Below are positions 21,353 to 31,798 of a stretch of DNA of 64,000 nucleotides, piece after piece (the stretch's first letter is position 1; every line of letters begins with the position of its first letter). Both the position numbers and the translations under genes were made by a program. The notes under the pieces were generated by a model. That model was not told the origin of the DNA. It ran no database searches and saw only the letters and a program-made list of their open reading frames with translations. The stretch is from positions 256,001-320,000 of the forward strand of contig CAWABA010000006.1 in the NCBI GenBank assembly GCA_963780185.1, in the 5' to 3' direction. Origin of the DNA: Candidatus Bathyarchaeota archaeon (GTDB lineage: Archaea; Thermoproteota; Bathyarchaeia; Bathyarchaeales; Bathycorpusculaceae).

Positions 21353-22283
21353 TGGTCAAAGCCAAATGAATATTTGTTATGTCCTGCTTCATTAAGCTAA
21401 TGTAGTTGTCGCCTGCACCTTTTTGAGCAGTTGTCAAGCCTTCTATGGGGTTCATGTTTATCAGAGTGGCGTTTGTTTGACTGCCGATTGACTGGGATAT
21501 TGCCGGATTTTCAAGCGACTCATAGCCCACGTATTTGAGGTGGTTTTGGTTGACTGCGGTGATTACGTTTTGGATATCGCTTGGTGTGGGTTCTTCTTCA
21601 AATGGTCCAGAGATTGCGAGTTGAGTAACGTTGTATTGGTTAGCAAAATATGCAAAGGCTTCATGGAACGTAACAAAAACTTTAGTCGCTGTATCCGTAG
21701 TGGCGTTAATTGCTAAAGAATTCAAATTATCAAGTTGAGCCTCGTAAGAGTTTGCGTTTTGCGTGAAATACTGAGTGTCGGCGGGATCGGCCTTAATTAA
21801 ACCCTGCAGAATATTGTTCACTTCTTGTTTTGCATCCAGCGGGTCAAGCCAGACATGGGGGTCAACTGTTTGGTTGCCTTTTTGGAATGCGGCTGGAACT
21901 GGAAGGAGTTGAATTCCTTGGCTGGAATCGACTTGGATCAGTTTTGAGTTGTCTGCTGCACTAACCACATTTCCGATCCACGGCTCTAGACCTGCCCCAT
22001 TGTAAATAAGCACATTTGCGGTAGCTACTGATTCTATTGACGATGGTGTGGGTTCGAATTCGTGTACGTCTACGGTTTCTGGCACAAGCAGCGAGACATT
22101 AACTTTGTCGCCGCCGACATTTTGGGCGAAATCGTAAAGTGGATAAAACGTTGCAAGAACTTTTAATGTTGAACTTGAACTTGTTTTTGTGTTGTTGTTA
22201 ATGTACAAACCTGTTATTGTTGCCGCAATTATGACTGCGACCAAAACTCCGGCTGCTAAATAGATTATTTTTCGCGTATGGAT
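21339..22283 (-). CDS. znuA: Cluster A-I metal-binding protein (start uncertain, 22244-22283)
   Basis: DVHEFEP, DPHVWLDP and TFHEAFAYF metal-ligand motifs. Confidence 0.92.
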   Translation of the reverse strand: MHTRKIIYLAAGVLVAVIIAATITGLYINNNTKTSSSSTLKVLATFYPLYDFAQNVGGDKVNVSLLVPETVDVHEFEPTPSSIESVATANVLIYNGAGLEPWIGNVVSAADNSKLIQVDSSQGIQLLPVPAAFQKGNQTVDPHVWLDPLDAKQEVNNILQGLIKADPADTQYFTQNANSYEAQLDNLNSLAINATTDTATKVFVTFHEAFAYFANQYNVTQLAISGPFEEEPTPSDIQNVITAVNQNHLKYVGYESLENPAISQSIGSQTNATLINMNPIEGLTTAQKGAGDNYISLMKQDITNIHLALTNVGS

Positions 22284-22319
22284 CTCCTCTTATTAAATTA
22301 GCTTCACTGTTTATTAAAT

Positions 22320-22349
22320 GTTATTAAATTTAGCTCTTTTTTTAATAAC
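22320..22349. promoter_or_regulatory. Candidate NikR-type operator GTTATTA-N16-TAATAAC at the znuA promoter
   Basis: Perfect 9-bp arms GTTATTAAA/TTTAATAAC, with extra TTATTAAAT half-sites at 22290 and 22311. Confidence 0.65.
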
Positions 22350-22499
22350 TCGCTGACCCTCCCTGCCTACTTTCCAACCGCTTGCAAAAAGCAGTAGAGC
22401 GCCGCAGCAAAGAAACTCCTGATTTTCGGGTGCAATGAAGACAATATTTAAGTCAAGCAAACTCAATAGAAAGAAGGAATTAGGCTTAGGGTGAATTAA

Positions 22500-22907
22500 A
22501 TGAGCATTATCAGTCTTTCGTTACCAAACGAGCTGCTTGAAGAGTTAGATACCATCCTTGGGGAAGATCGAAGCGCAAATCGTTCCGAAGTAGTCCGCCA
22601 AGCAGTCCGCATGTACCTTACACAGTACAATGAACTGGAAAAAATCCAGGGAAACGTCATCGCAACCATAACCGTTCTCTACGACAAAGCCGAACAAAAC
22701 AAAGAGCTCTTCAAGCTGCAACACGAGTTTGACGACATGATAACCGCGTACCTGCATGCACACCTATCCGAGACCAGCTGCCTAGAAGTCATGGTTGTCA
22801 AAGGCGCCTCGGAGCGGCTTAGAAGCTTAATCGATGGGTTGAGAGCCAACAAGCCTGTGAAGCAGATAAAATTCTCAATCATGGCAATCAACGAAAAAGA
22901 AACCTGA
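22500..22907 (+). CDS. NikR-family ribbon-helix-helix metalloregulator
   Basis: IISLSLPNELLEELD...NRSEVVRQAVR; QH...HAH...CLEV ligand set. Confidence 0.9.
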   Translation: MSIISLSLPNELLEELDTILGEDRSANRSEVVRQAVRMYLTQYNELEKIQGNVIATITVLYDKAEQNKELFKLQHEFDDMITAYLHAHLSETSCLEVMVVKGASERLRSLIDGLRANKPVKQIKFSIMAINEKET

Positions 22908-22944
22908 GCGGCTTTGCGGAAGGTCGAAAAGGCCCGCTGCCCGT

Positions 22945-23535
22945 TTAGACGATGTATTTGCTTGTTTTCTCGAAGTCTTTGACGATTTGCATAACCCTTT
23001 TTTGCCCGGTATGTGGTCCAAGCGAGATGTCTTTAAGAAGCACCCATGGGCTTTTGCGCGCGACAACCGAAGCGATGTGGTCCGCGCCGAAGCATTTCTC
23101 TGCAACCTGCACAACCCCTCGTCTAACCCCAGTTTCCGAGTAATCGCCTAACGCATGAAGGTACTCGTGCAGCAGAAGGTTGTAAACCAACGCGTTAACC
23201 GTGGGCTTAGAGCTTACAGATGCCTCCACAATTTCAACCAAAGACCGGTTCAAAACGATGTTGTTGGTTCCCACTGGGTAATACGCTCCCAACTGCAGGG
23301 GCAAATCATCTAAAAACAGCATCATGCTATCTCTTCTTGTGCCCAAAGCGCACTGCACAGTCTCCTTAACAATCTGCCAGACCTCACCGTAATTCTTAGC
23401 CGCATCTAAACTGTTGGCGAACCGCCCTGCTTCCGTAGACTCGTTACCCAAAACAAGCTGCCTTCTAACAAGACTTGAGGGCAAAGTATTGCTTTTAAGC
23501 GTTACAGTTGAAACGTGAAAAACGCGGTTGCTCAA
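22945..23535 (-). CDS. Hypothetical zincin-like metallopeptidase (start probably near 23450)
   Basis: LLHEYLHALG HExxH motif. Confidence 0.7.
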   Translation of the reverse strand: MSNRVFHVSTVTLKSNTLPSSLVRRQLVLGNESTEAGRFANSLDAAKNYGEVWQIVKETVQCALGTRRDSMMLFLDDLPLQLGAYYPVGTNNIVLNRSLVEIVEASVSSKPTVNALVYNLLLHEYLHALGDYSETGVRRGVVQVAEKCFGADHIASVVARKSPWVLLKDISLGPHTGQKRVMQIVKDFEKTSKYIV

Positions 23536-23653
23536 AAAGCTGCAGCCAACTGGCCAACTTGGATGATTACGTTGGAAAATCGTGGAAAACGTGTCACGAA
23601 CGGTTTATATGAAACGTGCCTAAAAATAATATTGTTAAAAGGAGTCAAAACGA

Positions 23654-23980
23654 ATGTCTACTGAACCTATTCATGTTACAGACGCAAATTTTGATGAAAC
23701 AATAAAGAACAACAAGGTTGCCTTGATTGATTTCTGGGCAAATTGGTGTGGACCATGCCGAGCCTTAGCTCCGACAATTGTGGAGTTGGCGAAGGAATAC
23801 AGCGGCAAAGTTCTAATTGGGAAACTTGACGTTGACGAAAACCCGGCGACTGCTGAACGCTTCCAAGTTTTCAGCATTCCAACCATGATACTTTTCAAAG
23901 ATGGAAAGGAAGCGGAACGGCTCGTCGGCTTGTGCCCCAAAAACAGGATAACCGAAACGTTGCTGAAACATGCAGTTTAG
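23654..23980 (+). CDS. trxA: Thioredoxin
   Basis: DFWANWCGPC and SIPT motifs. Confidence 0.97.
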   Translation: MSTEPIHVTDANFDETIKNNKVALIDFWANWCGPCRALAPTIVELAKEYSGKVLIGKLDVDENPATAERFQVFSIPTMILFKDGKEAERLVGLCPKNRITETLLKHAV

Positions 23981-24219
23981 CCTTCCAGCACCGCTTCCGC
24001 CGCCACTAGCCATTTGAAATGGCGGTTCTTTAGGAAAGAATTTTTTCCCCAAGTTATTAAGGAACACTTTAGTGTTGGGCAGCCGATGGTAGTGGTAAAT
24101 GTTGATTGTTGCCGTCAATGCGGTTTTTCAAGCAATTTTCGTGGTCTGGTAATGGGTGTTGTACACGCAGGATTGAATTTAACGTTACCATCAAATGTTA
24201 AATACTACGTTAACTAAAT

Positions 24220-27200
24220 GTGCAACCGTTAAGTAAAGCAACATGGGAGAGAGCGGTTACTTTGAATGTTAATAAAAAATTATTTGTATTTTCCTTAATT
24301 TTTATGCTGATGTCAGTAAGCGTTGTAACTCTAATTAAGCCTGCCCAAGCAGATACATTGATACCAATCCAATTACCCTTTCACATCACCTCAAGCGGAC
24401 ACTACGTTATTACTTCTTCTTGGTACGGAGGCGGCACCCCAGTAATAGGATACAATGACGCACACGTAGGACTCTACATTGACACCACCAGCAACGTCAT
24501 AGTTGATGGACAAAACTTCACAATCGCACCCTCAGGGACAGAAGACGCAATCCAGATGCTTTGGAGCAGCAACGTCCTGTTAGAAAACATCAATGAAACA
24601 GGCGCGAACCATGGCTTATTTGAACAAGGATCAAGCAGCTTCACAATACAAAACTGCAACCTAACCAACAACGGCGAAGGGGGCATTTACCTAAGTTCTT
24701 CCTACAGTGGCGCCGCCAACAACTTCACCATACAAAACTGCAACATAAACGGAAACAACGAAGGCATAATTGCTCAATACTCCACAAACTTTGCCCTTCT
24801 AAACTCTCACATAGACGGCAACGGCGTAGGCTTAGACACCTACTACGCGAACAATTTTGGCATACAGAACTGCAGCTTCAACGACACTACCTCTACTGAC
24901 GGAGTAAGCGCGGCTAACACAATGAATTTTTTCATCAAAGACTCTAACCTAACGTTCTGCAGCGACTCCGGCTTAGGCGCATACAACTGCCAAAACTTCA
25001 CTATTCAAAACTGCAATCTTAATAGCAATAACGGCGATGGAATTTACACCAACGGTTTTACCGCTTCTTTAGTCACCATCAAAAACTCCACTTTCAACAA
25101 CAATTTCAACGAGGGCATAGGGGCTCCCAACGCAGTTAATTGGACGGTTCAAGGCTCCAACTTTTACAACAATGGCAACGTTGGGATGGACGTTGAAGCC
25201 GCATCTAACATAACGGTTTCCGGCTCAATCTTCAACGCTAACTTCAACGACGGCTTGTACATCGAAGATACGGACAATGTGGTAGTAAACGGTAACAGTT
25301 TTACCAGCAGCTACGTGGCTCCTACAATTGAACCTTCGATCGGTACCAATGCAGCAGGTTTAGATGCTGTCAACAGCAATTGCACGGTGATAAACAATGT
25401 TTTCTCTAACAATCCTTTCGCGGTAGCTTGGAGACTTAGAGCTGACTCCGCCTACAACAGCGAAGTTTACGCCAACAACATTTTCGTGAATAACTACTAT
25501 ACCATAAACCTGCAGAGTGACTCAAGCCCCAGCATCACCAATCAACAAATCTCTTTCTACAACAACCTCGTAAACGACACACAATACATAAAGCACACGG
25601 GTTCCGACGCGGCCGCTTCAATTATAAGCTTGAACACAAACCTGCAGCTTGGACAAAGAATTTACAGTCTTGGAAGCAGAATAGGCGGCAACTTCTGGGC
25701 GCGTCCAAATGGATCAGGCTTCAGCCAAACAGGAACTGATGCAAACCACGACGGCTTCATTGACACCCCATTCGACCTCTTCGGCGACGGAATCTGCCTG
25801 GATAACTACCCCTACAGTACAGGCGACGCTTTCGCATATAGCTTCACATCGGGTACAGGTCAATCCTTGATAGCGGGTCAAATTTCATCCGCAACTACTG
25901 TTCAACTGCATGACTCTTTTGGTGGAATAACCTGTGGGTTTTATGCGTTATTGAATTCAACTTCAAGTAGCGGCAAATTCTACAGCGATTCAGCAGGCAC
26001 ATATGAGATGTCGATTCTGCCTTTTCTTGCGGGTTCAAGCACGGCGAGTTTCTACTACGTTGACACGAAGGCGGGCGCTCCAACCTTGAGAGTGTATTTG
26101 TCAACAAGCCTCGCCGTCCAAACTCAATTTATCATTTCCCATGGCTCACCGGCAACTGTCGTCGTCACTCCAGCTGGCACATCTGTCACTGCTGGTACCC
26201 CTCAAACCTTTTCAGCTACAGCTTCGGACGCGTATGGCAACACTTGGGACGCAACTTCCGCCACAACTTGGAGCATAAGCTCAGGCGCAGGCGGTTCATG
26301 GAGCAGCAACACGTACACGTCGGCGACGGCGGGAACATGGACGGTTACTGGCATCTATGCATCCTCGCCTTACACTACAAGTTTGATTGTGAACCCGGGT
26401 GCCCTCGACCACTTTTTGCTTGTTCCATCAGGAACCGTTACAGCTGGAACAGCTTTCACCCTCACCATCACAGCGCAAGACGCATTTGGAAACACAGTTA
26501 CAAGCTACACAGGAACAAACTCACTTACAGTTTCAACTGGAACAATAACTCCTTCAACGACACCCGCCTTCACCCTCGGCGTATGGTCAGGCTCCGTAAC
26601 CATTTCGGCGGCGGGTTCAGGCGTAACCGTCGGGACCTCTGGCGGCGGCAAGAGCGGAACAAGTAGCGGCTTCACGGTAACCCCACCCATAACCACGACT
26701 GCTAGTCCATCTCCAAGTCCCACCCCAACTCCGACGCCAACACCAGTTGTGACTTCAGCGCCGACGGCAAAACCAACTCCTACACCGAAGCCGAGCATAA
26801 GCTGGATAAACGCAACTGTCGAGACTGGTGGAGTCGTTGAGATTCCCATCACTGGAAACATTACAAGCGTTCAATACGAAAATGCAACCATCGCTGCAAC
26901 CGCGTCAGGCTCAACCCTAACGCTGTCATTCAACGTGACTGGAACTGCTGGAACCGTCGGCTTCGGGAACATGACAATTTCAAAGAGCACCGTGCCCGCG
27001 GGCGCCTTGCCCGTGGTCTACATTGATGGGCAGAGAGCTCAAAACCAAGGCTACACTCAGGACAGCCAAAACTTCTACGTCTGGTACTACACGCACTTTA
27101 GCACGCACCAAGTCAAAGTAGAATTCACTGGCAGCGTCCAACCCACTGCGACTCCAGCACCTACCGCAACCACCATAGAAATAGTTCTGATAGTAGTGGT

Positions 27201-27285
27201 TGCCGTGGTTGCCGTCTTAGCGGTAGTGGCTCTAACCATTAGTCGTCGCGGCAAAAGCAAACCAAAAGAAGATTCGCCTAAGTAG
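24220..27285 (+). CDS. Large surface protein with NosD/parallel beta-helix repeats, Ig-like domains, PT linker and TM anchor
   Basis: Repeated NFTIQNCNLxxN.xGI units, GGNFW...DxNHDGFIDTPF, YTHFSTH, C-terminal TM. Confidence 0.88.
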   Translation: MQPLSKATWERAVTLNVNKKLFVFSLIFMLMSVSVVTLIKPAQADTLIPIQLPFHITSSGHYVITSSWYGGGTPVIGYNDAHVGLYIDTTSNVIVDGQNFTIAPSGTEDAIQMLWSSNVLLENINETGANHGLFEQGSSSFTIQNCNLTNNGEGGIYLSSSYSGAANNFTIQNCNINGNNEGIIAQYSTNFALLNSHIDGNGVGLDTYYANNFGIQNCSFNDTTSTDGVSAANTMNFFIKDSNLTFCSDSGLGAYNCQNFTIQNCNLNSNNGDGIYTNGFTASLVTIKNSTFNNNFNEGIGAPNAVNWTVQGSNFYNNGNVGMDVEAASNITVSGSIFNANFNDGLYIEDTDNVVVNGNSFTSSYVAPTIEPSIGTNAAGLDAVNSNCTVINNVFSNNPFAVAWRLRADSAYNSEVYANNIFVNNYYTINLQSDSSPSITNQQISFYNNLVNDTQYIKHTGSDAAASIISLNTNLQLGQRIYSLGSRIGGNFWARPNGSGFSQTGTDANHDGFIDTPFDLFGDGICLDNYPYSTGDAFAYSFTSGTGQSLIAGQISSATTVQLHDSFGGITCGFYALLNSTSSSGKFYSDSAGTYEMSILPFLAGSSTASFYYVDTKAGAPTLRVYLSTSLAVQTQFIISHGSPATVVVTPAGTSVTAGTPQTFSATASDAYGNTWDATSATTWSISSGAGGSWSSNTYTSATAGTWTVTGIYASSPYTTSLIVNPGALDHFLLVPSGTVTAGTAFTLTITAQDAFGNTVTSYTGTNSLTVSTGTITPSTTPAFTLGVWSGSVTISAAGSGVTVGTSGGGKSGTSSGFTVTPPITTTASPSPSPTPTPTPTPVVTSAPTAKPTPTPKPSISWINATVETGGVVEIPITGNITSVQYENATIAATASGSTLTLSFNVTGTAGTVGFGNMTISKSTVPAGALPVVYIDGQRAQNQGYTQDSQNFYVWYYTHFSTHQVKVEFTGSVQPTATPAPTATTIEIVLIVVVAVVAVLAVVALTISRRGKSKPKEDSPK

Positions 27286-27337
27286 AATTGCCGTAGCATC
27301 GACGGTAAGAAGCCGAAAAAGTTGAAACCCAAGTTTC

Positions 27338-28015
27338 TTAGACTTGGGAACTCTTCATTTTTTCATACATTTTCTCAAAAGTCCAGCGGATACTCGACTT
27401 AAGCTCCTTGAGCCGTTCCTCGTCAACGTTGCGAATAATTATCTCCCGAATCAAATCGCCCTCACGCACCACATTGAAAGAAAACGCCTTATCCGACGTC
27501 AACTGCTTCGTTTTAACAAGCTCGGCGTCTTTTTCCTGCATTTTGGTAAACACTTTTTCAACCAGAAAATTGTTGAAAGGCGGCGTGCTAATGCTAAAGT
27601 TTTTGCTCTCGTCAGGCAACACATGCATCCCAACCTTGTCGAAGATTATCAGCGCCAAAGGTTCCTCGGCCATGGTTTTAAGTGGTATTACGGTTTCTCG
27701 TTCTGAGGGCTGTTGTGGAGCGGTGGTTTTCGGCGGCTCGTTTCCACGTTGAATGATGACTTTGGGTGCTTCAGGTTCGGCTTTGGGCAAAACAACTTCT
27801 TTAGGAATAGGTGGGGCTGTGGGGGTTTCAGATACTTCTTTTAGGTCTCCGCGTTTGAAGCCTTTTTGAAGTAAAATTTCGTTAACTGTGTCTAAAGATG
27901 CCTGAATTTCTTTGGATTCAGCGGTTAATTTTTCAAGTTGATCTTCAAGCCGCTTCTTGAAAGCGATAAGTGACCGTACTTTTTCTGACTCTTGCGCCAA
28001 GCTGGTACCACGCAC
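27338..28015 (-). CDS. Hypothetical protein with an N-terminal coiled coil
   Basis: 225-aa ORF with a heptad-rich N-terminus. Confidence 0.75.
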   Translation of the reverse strand: MRGTSLAQESEKVRSLIAFKKRLEDQLEKLTAESKEIQASLDTVNEILLQKGFKRGDLKEVSETPTAPPIPKEVVLPKAEPEAPKVIIQRGNEPPKTTAPQQPSERETVIPLKTMAEEPLALIIFDKVGMHVLPDESKNFSISTPPFNNFLVEKVFTKMQEKDAELVKTKQLTSDKAFSFNVVREGDLIREIIIRNVDEERLKELKSSIRWTFEKMYEKMKSSQV

Positions 28016-28224
28016 GCCCCTTATTTTAGCGCTTGATGCTTATCAGTCTTAGCCTTCCAAGCATAGAATTAATTTCTTTGATAGCCTTGGGCAATGTGGT
28101 CTTTAGATTACCAAAACGACTAAGAAAAACTCAAAATCCTATGATCCAATATTGCTCTCTTCTTTCTGTTCAACAAAAGCGTTAATATCATTGCCCGCTC
28201 AAGTTGCATTAGGGCGAGAAGGAC

Positions 28225-28458
28225 ATGCAGAACGATTGGCACGAAAGAATTGTTGTTGACCCAAAAATTTTGGTTGGAAAACCAGTAATTAGGGGTACGC
28301 GGCTTTCAGTTGAGTTTATTCTGGATCTTCTTGCTGAGGGTTGGAGTGTTGAGGGAATTTTGGATGATTATCCTCAGTTAAAACGTGAAGACATAATGGC
28401 GGTCTTAAGGTATGCTGCCGAGATGGTCAAGGAAGAGAAGGTATATCCATTACCGTAA
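28225..28458 (+). CDS. DUF433 antitoxin-like protein
   Basis: IVVDPKILVGKPVIRGTRLSV...YPQLKREDI. Confidence 0.93.
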   Translation: MQNDWHERIVVDPKILVGKPVIRGTRLSVEFILDLLAEGWSVEGILDDYPQLKREDIMAVLRYAAEMVKEEKVYPLP

Positions 28459-28805
28459 AGTTTCTTGCCGATGAAAATATTTCCCAAAAAGTCGTTAATT
28501 CGCTAAAAAGCACTGGTATCGACATTATTTCTTTGAAGAAGCTAACTTCTGGAGCAAGCGATGAAATCGTACTATCGATTGCAAACCAACGGCAAAGAGT
28601 ATTGATAACTTTTGATTCTGATTTTTCAGAACTTATCTTCAGACAGAAACTTAAGACTCACGGTGTTATCCTTCTGAAGTTTACTCCAAAGTCATCTCAA
28701 CATGTGGTTGAGATAGTCTCAAATGCTTTGAAAAGTCAAGCCAAAATTGAAGAGCATTTTCTTATAGTCAGAGAAAACAAAATACGCGCGCTTCGCCTCA
28801 AATGA
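28443..28805 (+). CDS. DUF5615 PIN-like toxin (no canonical start before KFLADENI)
   Basis: KFLADENIS...GASDEIV...RVLITFDSDF...GVILL. Confidence 0.88.
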   Translation: MSITVKFLADENISQKVVNSLKSTGIDIISLKKLTSGASDEIVLSIANQRQRVLITFDSDFSELIFRQKLKTHGVILLKFTPKSSQHVVEIVSNALKSQAKIEEHFLIVRENKIRALRLK

Positions 28806-28828
28806 TTTGTCGGCAGCCTCATGGTTTT

Positions 28829-30604
28829 CTACGGTTTAGGTAGTTCATTGATTTTCTTGAGTTGTGCATGGTACATTTCAACGATTTCCAGCGAAGCCGT
28901 TGCGTCTTCAGGGGCTTTGTCTGTTCGGTATTTGCCTGTGAACCGTGGGAAACGAATCGCCAATCCGGCGCCTTTCCGAATCGAATCCATGGCGCACATG
29001 TGAATCGGGCTCAATGTGATTTCGGCACCTAAAATCTCAAGCACCAAGGCGGGTTCAAACCAAACGTCTGCCTGCAGCATGGATTGGACGCGGGTGTTTT
29101 TGCGGGGAATTATGTGCGTGGCAAGGGTGTCGCGAAGGGTTACGAGGTCTTTGTCTGTGAAGCCTGTGCCGCATTTGGTTACGGTTTCAAAAGTGTCCGC
29201 TTCCTTGTTGTACGTTGCCAGTAGCAGGGCGCCGTAGGTTCCAACCCGTTTGCCTCTGCCGTGAAAGGCGCCGACAACCACGAGGTCAACGGTGTCATGC
29301 ATTTCGCTCTTGTAGTCGCGCTTGTATTTTATCCAAAGCCAACCCCTGCTTCCCGCTTGATAAGGCGATTCTGGAGCGATTGATTTGCACATTAAGCCTT
29401 CGCAGCCTTTCTCTATGGCTTCCTCAAAGAAATCCTCAAGCTCCTTGGGGTTTTTGACGATTTTTTGGATGGCAGGCGTAACCCTGTCAGTTTCCTTCAC
29501 GATTTTCTGCAGTTCCTTCCTTCTTTCCCGCAGTGGTTCTTGGGTTAAGTCTTTGCCGTCAACGTAGAGAAGGTCAAAGGGGAAAAGCGAAATGGGGTAC
29601 TGTGAAATGGCTTCTTCAATGCCGTATTTGCGTCTGCGATGCATCAGCTCCTGAAACGGACGCATATCCCCAGTTTCCAAATCCATCGCGACACATTCAG
29701 CTTCCAAAATGGCTTCTTTGGCGTCGATTTTTTCCTTGATTAAATCTATTGCGTCGGGGTATTGGCTGGAGATGTTTTCTAGGCGTCGGGAAAACAAGAT
29801 TACTTTGTCATCTTTCTTGTGGGCTTGCACCCGTTCGCCATCGTACTTGTATTCGGCTGCGCATTTGCCGCCGAGCTTGTCAAGGATTTCTTCTGGGGAG
29901 CTCAGGCGTTCAGCCAGCATGGGTCGTATAGGTTCGAAAACCATGACTTGGAATTTTTTGATTCCGTCCAAGCCTTGCTCGACAACCACATTTGCAACCC
30001 TGCCAAGGTCCGACGAAATGCTGTAGGCTCGCTCGACGAGTTCCCGAGCTTCTTTTCCGCCTGCATAAGCTATCGCCAACGCATCAAGAACCGTCATGTC
30101 CGCGATGCCAAGCCGCAGGTTACCCGTAACCGTTCGGACAATCCATTTTGCCTCGTTCGGCGACGCATCGGTCAATAATCCGCAAAGCATCGCCATTTTC
30201 GTGTCGACGGCGCCAGAACCCGAAGTTTTAGCCAACTTGTCCAGCGCTTCGTAAACAGATTCCACTGTGAGTTTTTTGCTGAAAAAGGTGGATTGTTTCC
30301 GTTTTGTTAAGAGTTTCTGGGATGTTTCGCCGATGTCGCCGCTTTTCTGCAGTTCTGACTCGATTAGGCTTTCGCTTTGCCCTGCCGCGCGGGATAAGGC
30401 TTTAACGGCTAGTTTTTCGGCTACGCCCATCTCGACGCCCAGGAAATCGGGGTAGAGTTTGCCCTGAGTTAAGTAAACGACTTTTGCGATGACGTCTTTA
30501 GGCGTCTTCTTGAGCAGGTCCACCAGCAAATCCGTCATTTCAAGCCGTTTTGTTGTTGCCTCAATTTTCTCGTAAGCTTCGGCAATGACTGAGTAATCCA
30601 TCAT
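28829..30604 (-). CDS. lig: ATP-dependent DNA ligase
   Basis: EYKYDGER, EGLMCK, WIKYKRDY, DLVVVGA and RFPRF motifs. Confidence 0.98.
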   Translation of the reverse strand: MMDYSVIAEAYEKIEATTKRLEMTDLLVDLLKKTPKDVIAKVVYLTQGKLYPDFLGVEMGVAEKLAVKALSRAAGQSESLIESELQKSGDIGETSQKLLTKRKQSTFFSKKLTVESVYEALDKLAKTSGSGAVDTKMAMLCGLLTDASPNEAKWIVRTVTGNLRLGIADMTVLDALAIAYAGGKEARELVERAYSISSDLGRVANVVVEQGLDGIKKFQVMVFEPIRPMLAERLSSPEEILDKLGGKCAAEYKYDGERVQAHKKDDKVILFSRRLENISSQYPDAIDLIKEKIDAKEAILEAECVAMDLETGDMRPFQELMHRRRKYGIEEAISQYPISLFPFDLLYVDGKDLTQEPLRERRKELQKIVKETDRVTPAIQKIVKNPKELEDFFEEAIEKGCEGLMCKSIAPESPYQAGSRGWLWIKYKRDYKSEMHDTVDLVVVGAFHGRGKRVGTYGALLLATYNKEADTFETVTKCGTGFTDKDLVTLRDTLATHIIPRKNTRVQSMLQADVWFEPALVLEILGAEITLSPIHMCAMDSIRKGAGLAIRFPRFTGKYRTDKAPEDATASLEIVEMYHAQLKKINELPKP

Positions 30605-30711
30605 TTTGACTCAAAGGAAATATTATTGCTGAAGTATTAAAATTAACACCGTCGATGCATCGGCAGCTATATAGAAGGTTATATTAACCGAGCAAGCGCT
30701 ATAGTGAAACC

Positions 30712-31114
30712 ATGAAACCCTGCGTAGTTTACTTTTCAAGAACGGGAAACACCAAACGCCTAGCCCAAGCAATAGCGGATTCTGTGAAGGCGCCAATCTT
30801 TGACATGGCGTCCGCGCAGCCAGCGTCACTCGCCGAATTTGACATGTTAATTATTGGGAACCCAGTGGAAGGAGCCAGCCCAGCCAAAGAAGCCGCCGCA
30901 TTCATCGAAAGCATGCCCAGCGCCGAGGGTAAAAAAGTAATCTTGTTCTGCACTTACCGCGCTTTCGGCAATGAACAGAGCAATGAAGAAGATGCAGAAG
31001 CAGCTTGAGGGCAAGGGGTACGAGACGGTTCTGAAAGTTTCGAAGAAAGGAATGAAACCCGAAAAAGAAGCAGACTTTTCAGAGATTCTCGCTGCAAGTA
31101 AGGAAGGCACTTGA
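30712..31114 (+). CDS. Short flavodoxin (frameshift near 30975)
   Basis: VYFSRTGNTKRLA, LIIGNPV, KVILFCTY; continues as MKKMQKQLEGKGY in a shifted frame. Confidence 0.8.
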
Positions 31115-31568
31115 AAAAGTGTATACCTATTATCTTTGTGTTCAAGTAGTCCTCAATCATTTTTTGATGCTCAAACGCCAACTGGTTCGGCAGCCGTTTT
31201 AAGCGGAAAAGCCTGATTTCTTGGATTTCGCTTTCCTGCCGTTTTATTTCGCCGCCAACTACTTTAACCAAGAAGCATGTTGGGTAGTATTCGTAGTCTA
31301 CGTCGTCTTTGGTGCCTTTCTCCACGTACTCGCCAATCACGCGGACGACTTCCACGTCAAGCCCCGTTTCCTCTTTGCATTCGCGGACGATGGTTTGCTC
31401 GACCTTTTCGCCTGGGTCCATTCTGCCGCCTGGAAGCGCCCAGTAACCCTTGAAAGGCACAGTGTCCCGCTTCACAAGCAAAATCTTGTCATCTGGAAAC
31501 GGAATTATCGCCGTCGCGGTTTTGCCCGTGTACCTTTTCATTTCAAACCGTCCTTCAATTGCTATCAA
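30954..31568 (-). CDS. NUDIX hydrolase (true end probably near 31125)
   Basis: WALPGG...GEKVEQTIVRECKEETGL Nudix box; LAFEH. Confidence 0.92.
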   Translation of the reverse strand: MIAIEGRFEMKRYTGKTATAIIPFPDDKILLVKRDTVPFKGYWALPGGRMDPGEKVEQTIVRECKEETGLDVEVVRVIGEYVEKGTKDDVDYEYYPTCFLVKVVGGEIKRQESEIQEIRLFRLKRLPNQLAFEHQKMIEDYLNTKIIGIHFFKCLPYLQRESLKSLLLFRVSFLSSKLSEPSRTPCPQAASASSSLLCSLPKAR

Positions 31569-31711
31569 TAGATGAAGCGGCGGAACGCATTAAGTTTTTC
31601 TAAGCTCGTTTTCGCGCAAGCTAAAATGCGATTAAACTGGCTAAAGTTAAAATATCGTTGACGGTTAAATTCTTTTGATGGGTTTAAAGAAAAAAGAAGT
31701 TGTAAGAAGGT

Positions 31712-31798
31712 TTATTCTTCGTCTTCGCAGTCTTCGCAATCGCAGTCGTCGCAGTCTTCTTCGTTTTCTTCTTCTTCAACAAATAGGTGATTTACCAT
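31712..31798 (-). CDS. 28-aa acidic Cys-rich micro-protein MVNHLFVEEEENEEDCDDCDCEDCEDEE
   Basis: ATG-to-TAA ORF; BRE/TATA-like CAAAAAGACTTATAG about 35 bp upstream; T-rich tract downstream. Confidence 0.6.
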   Translation of the reverse strand: MVNHLFVEEEENEEDCDDCDCEDCEDEE

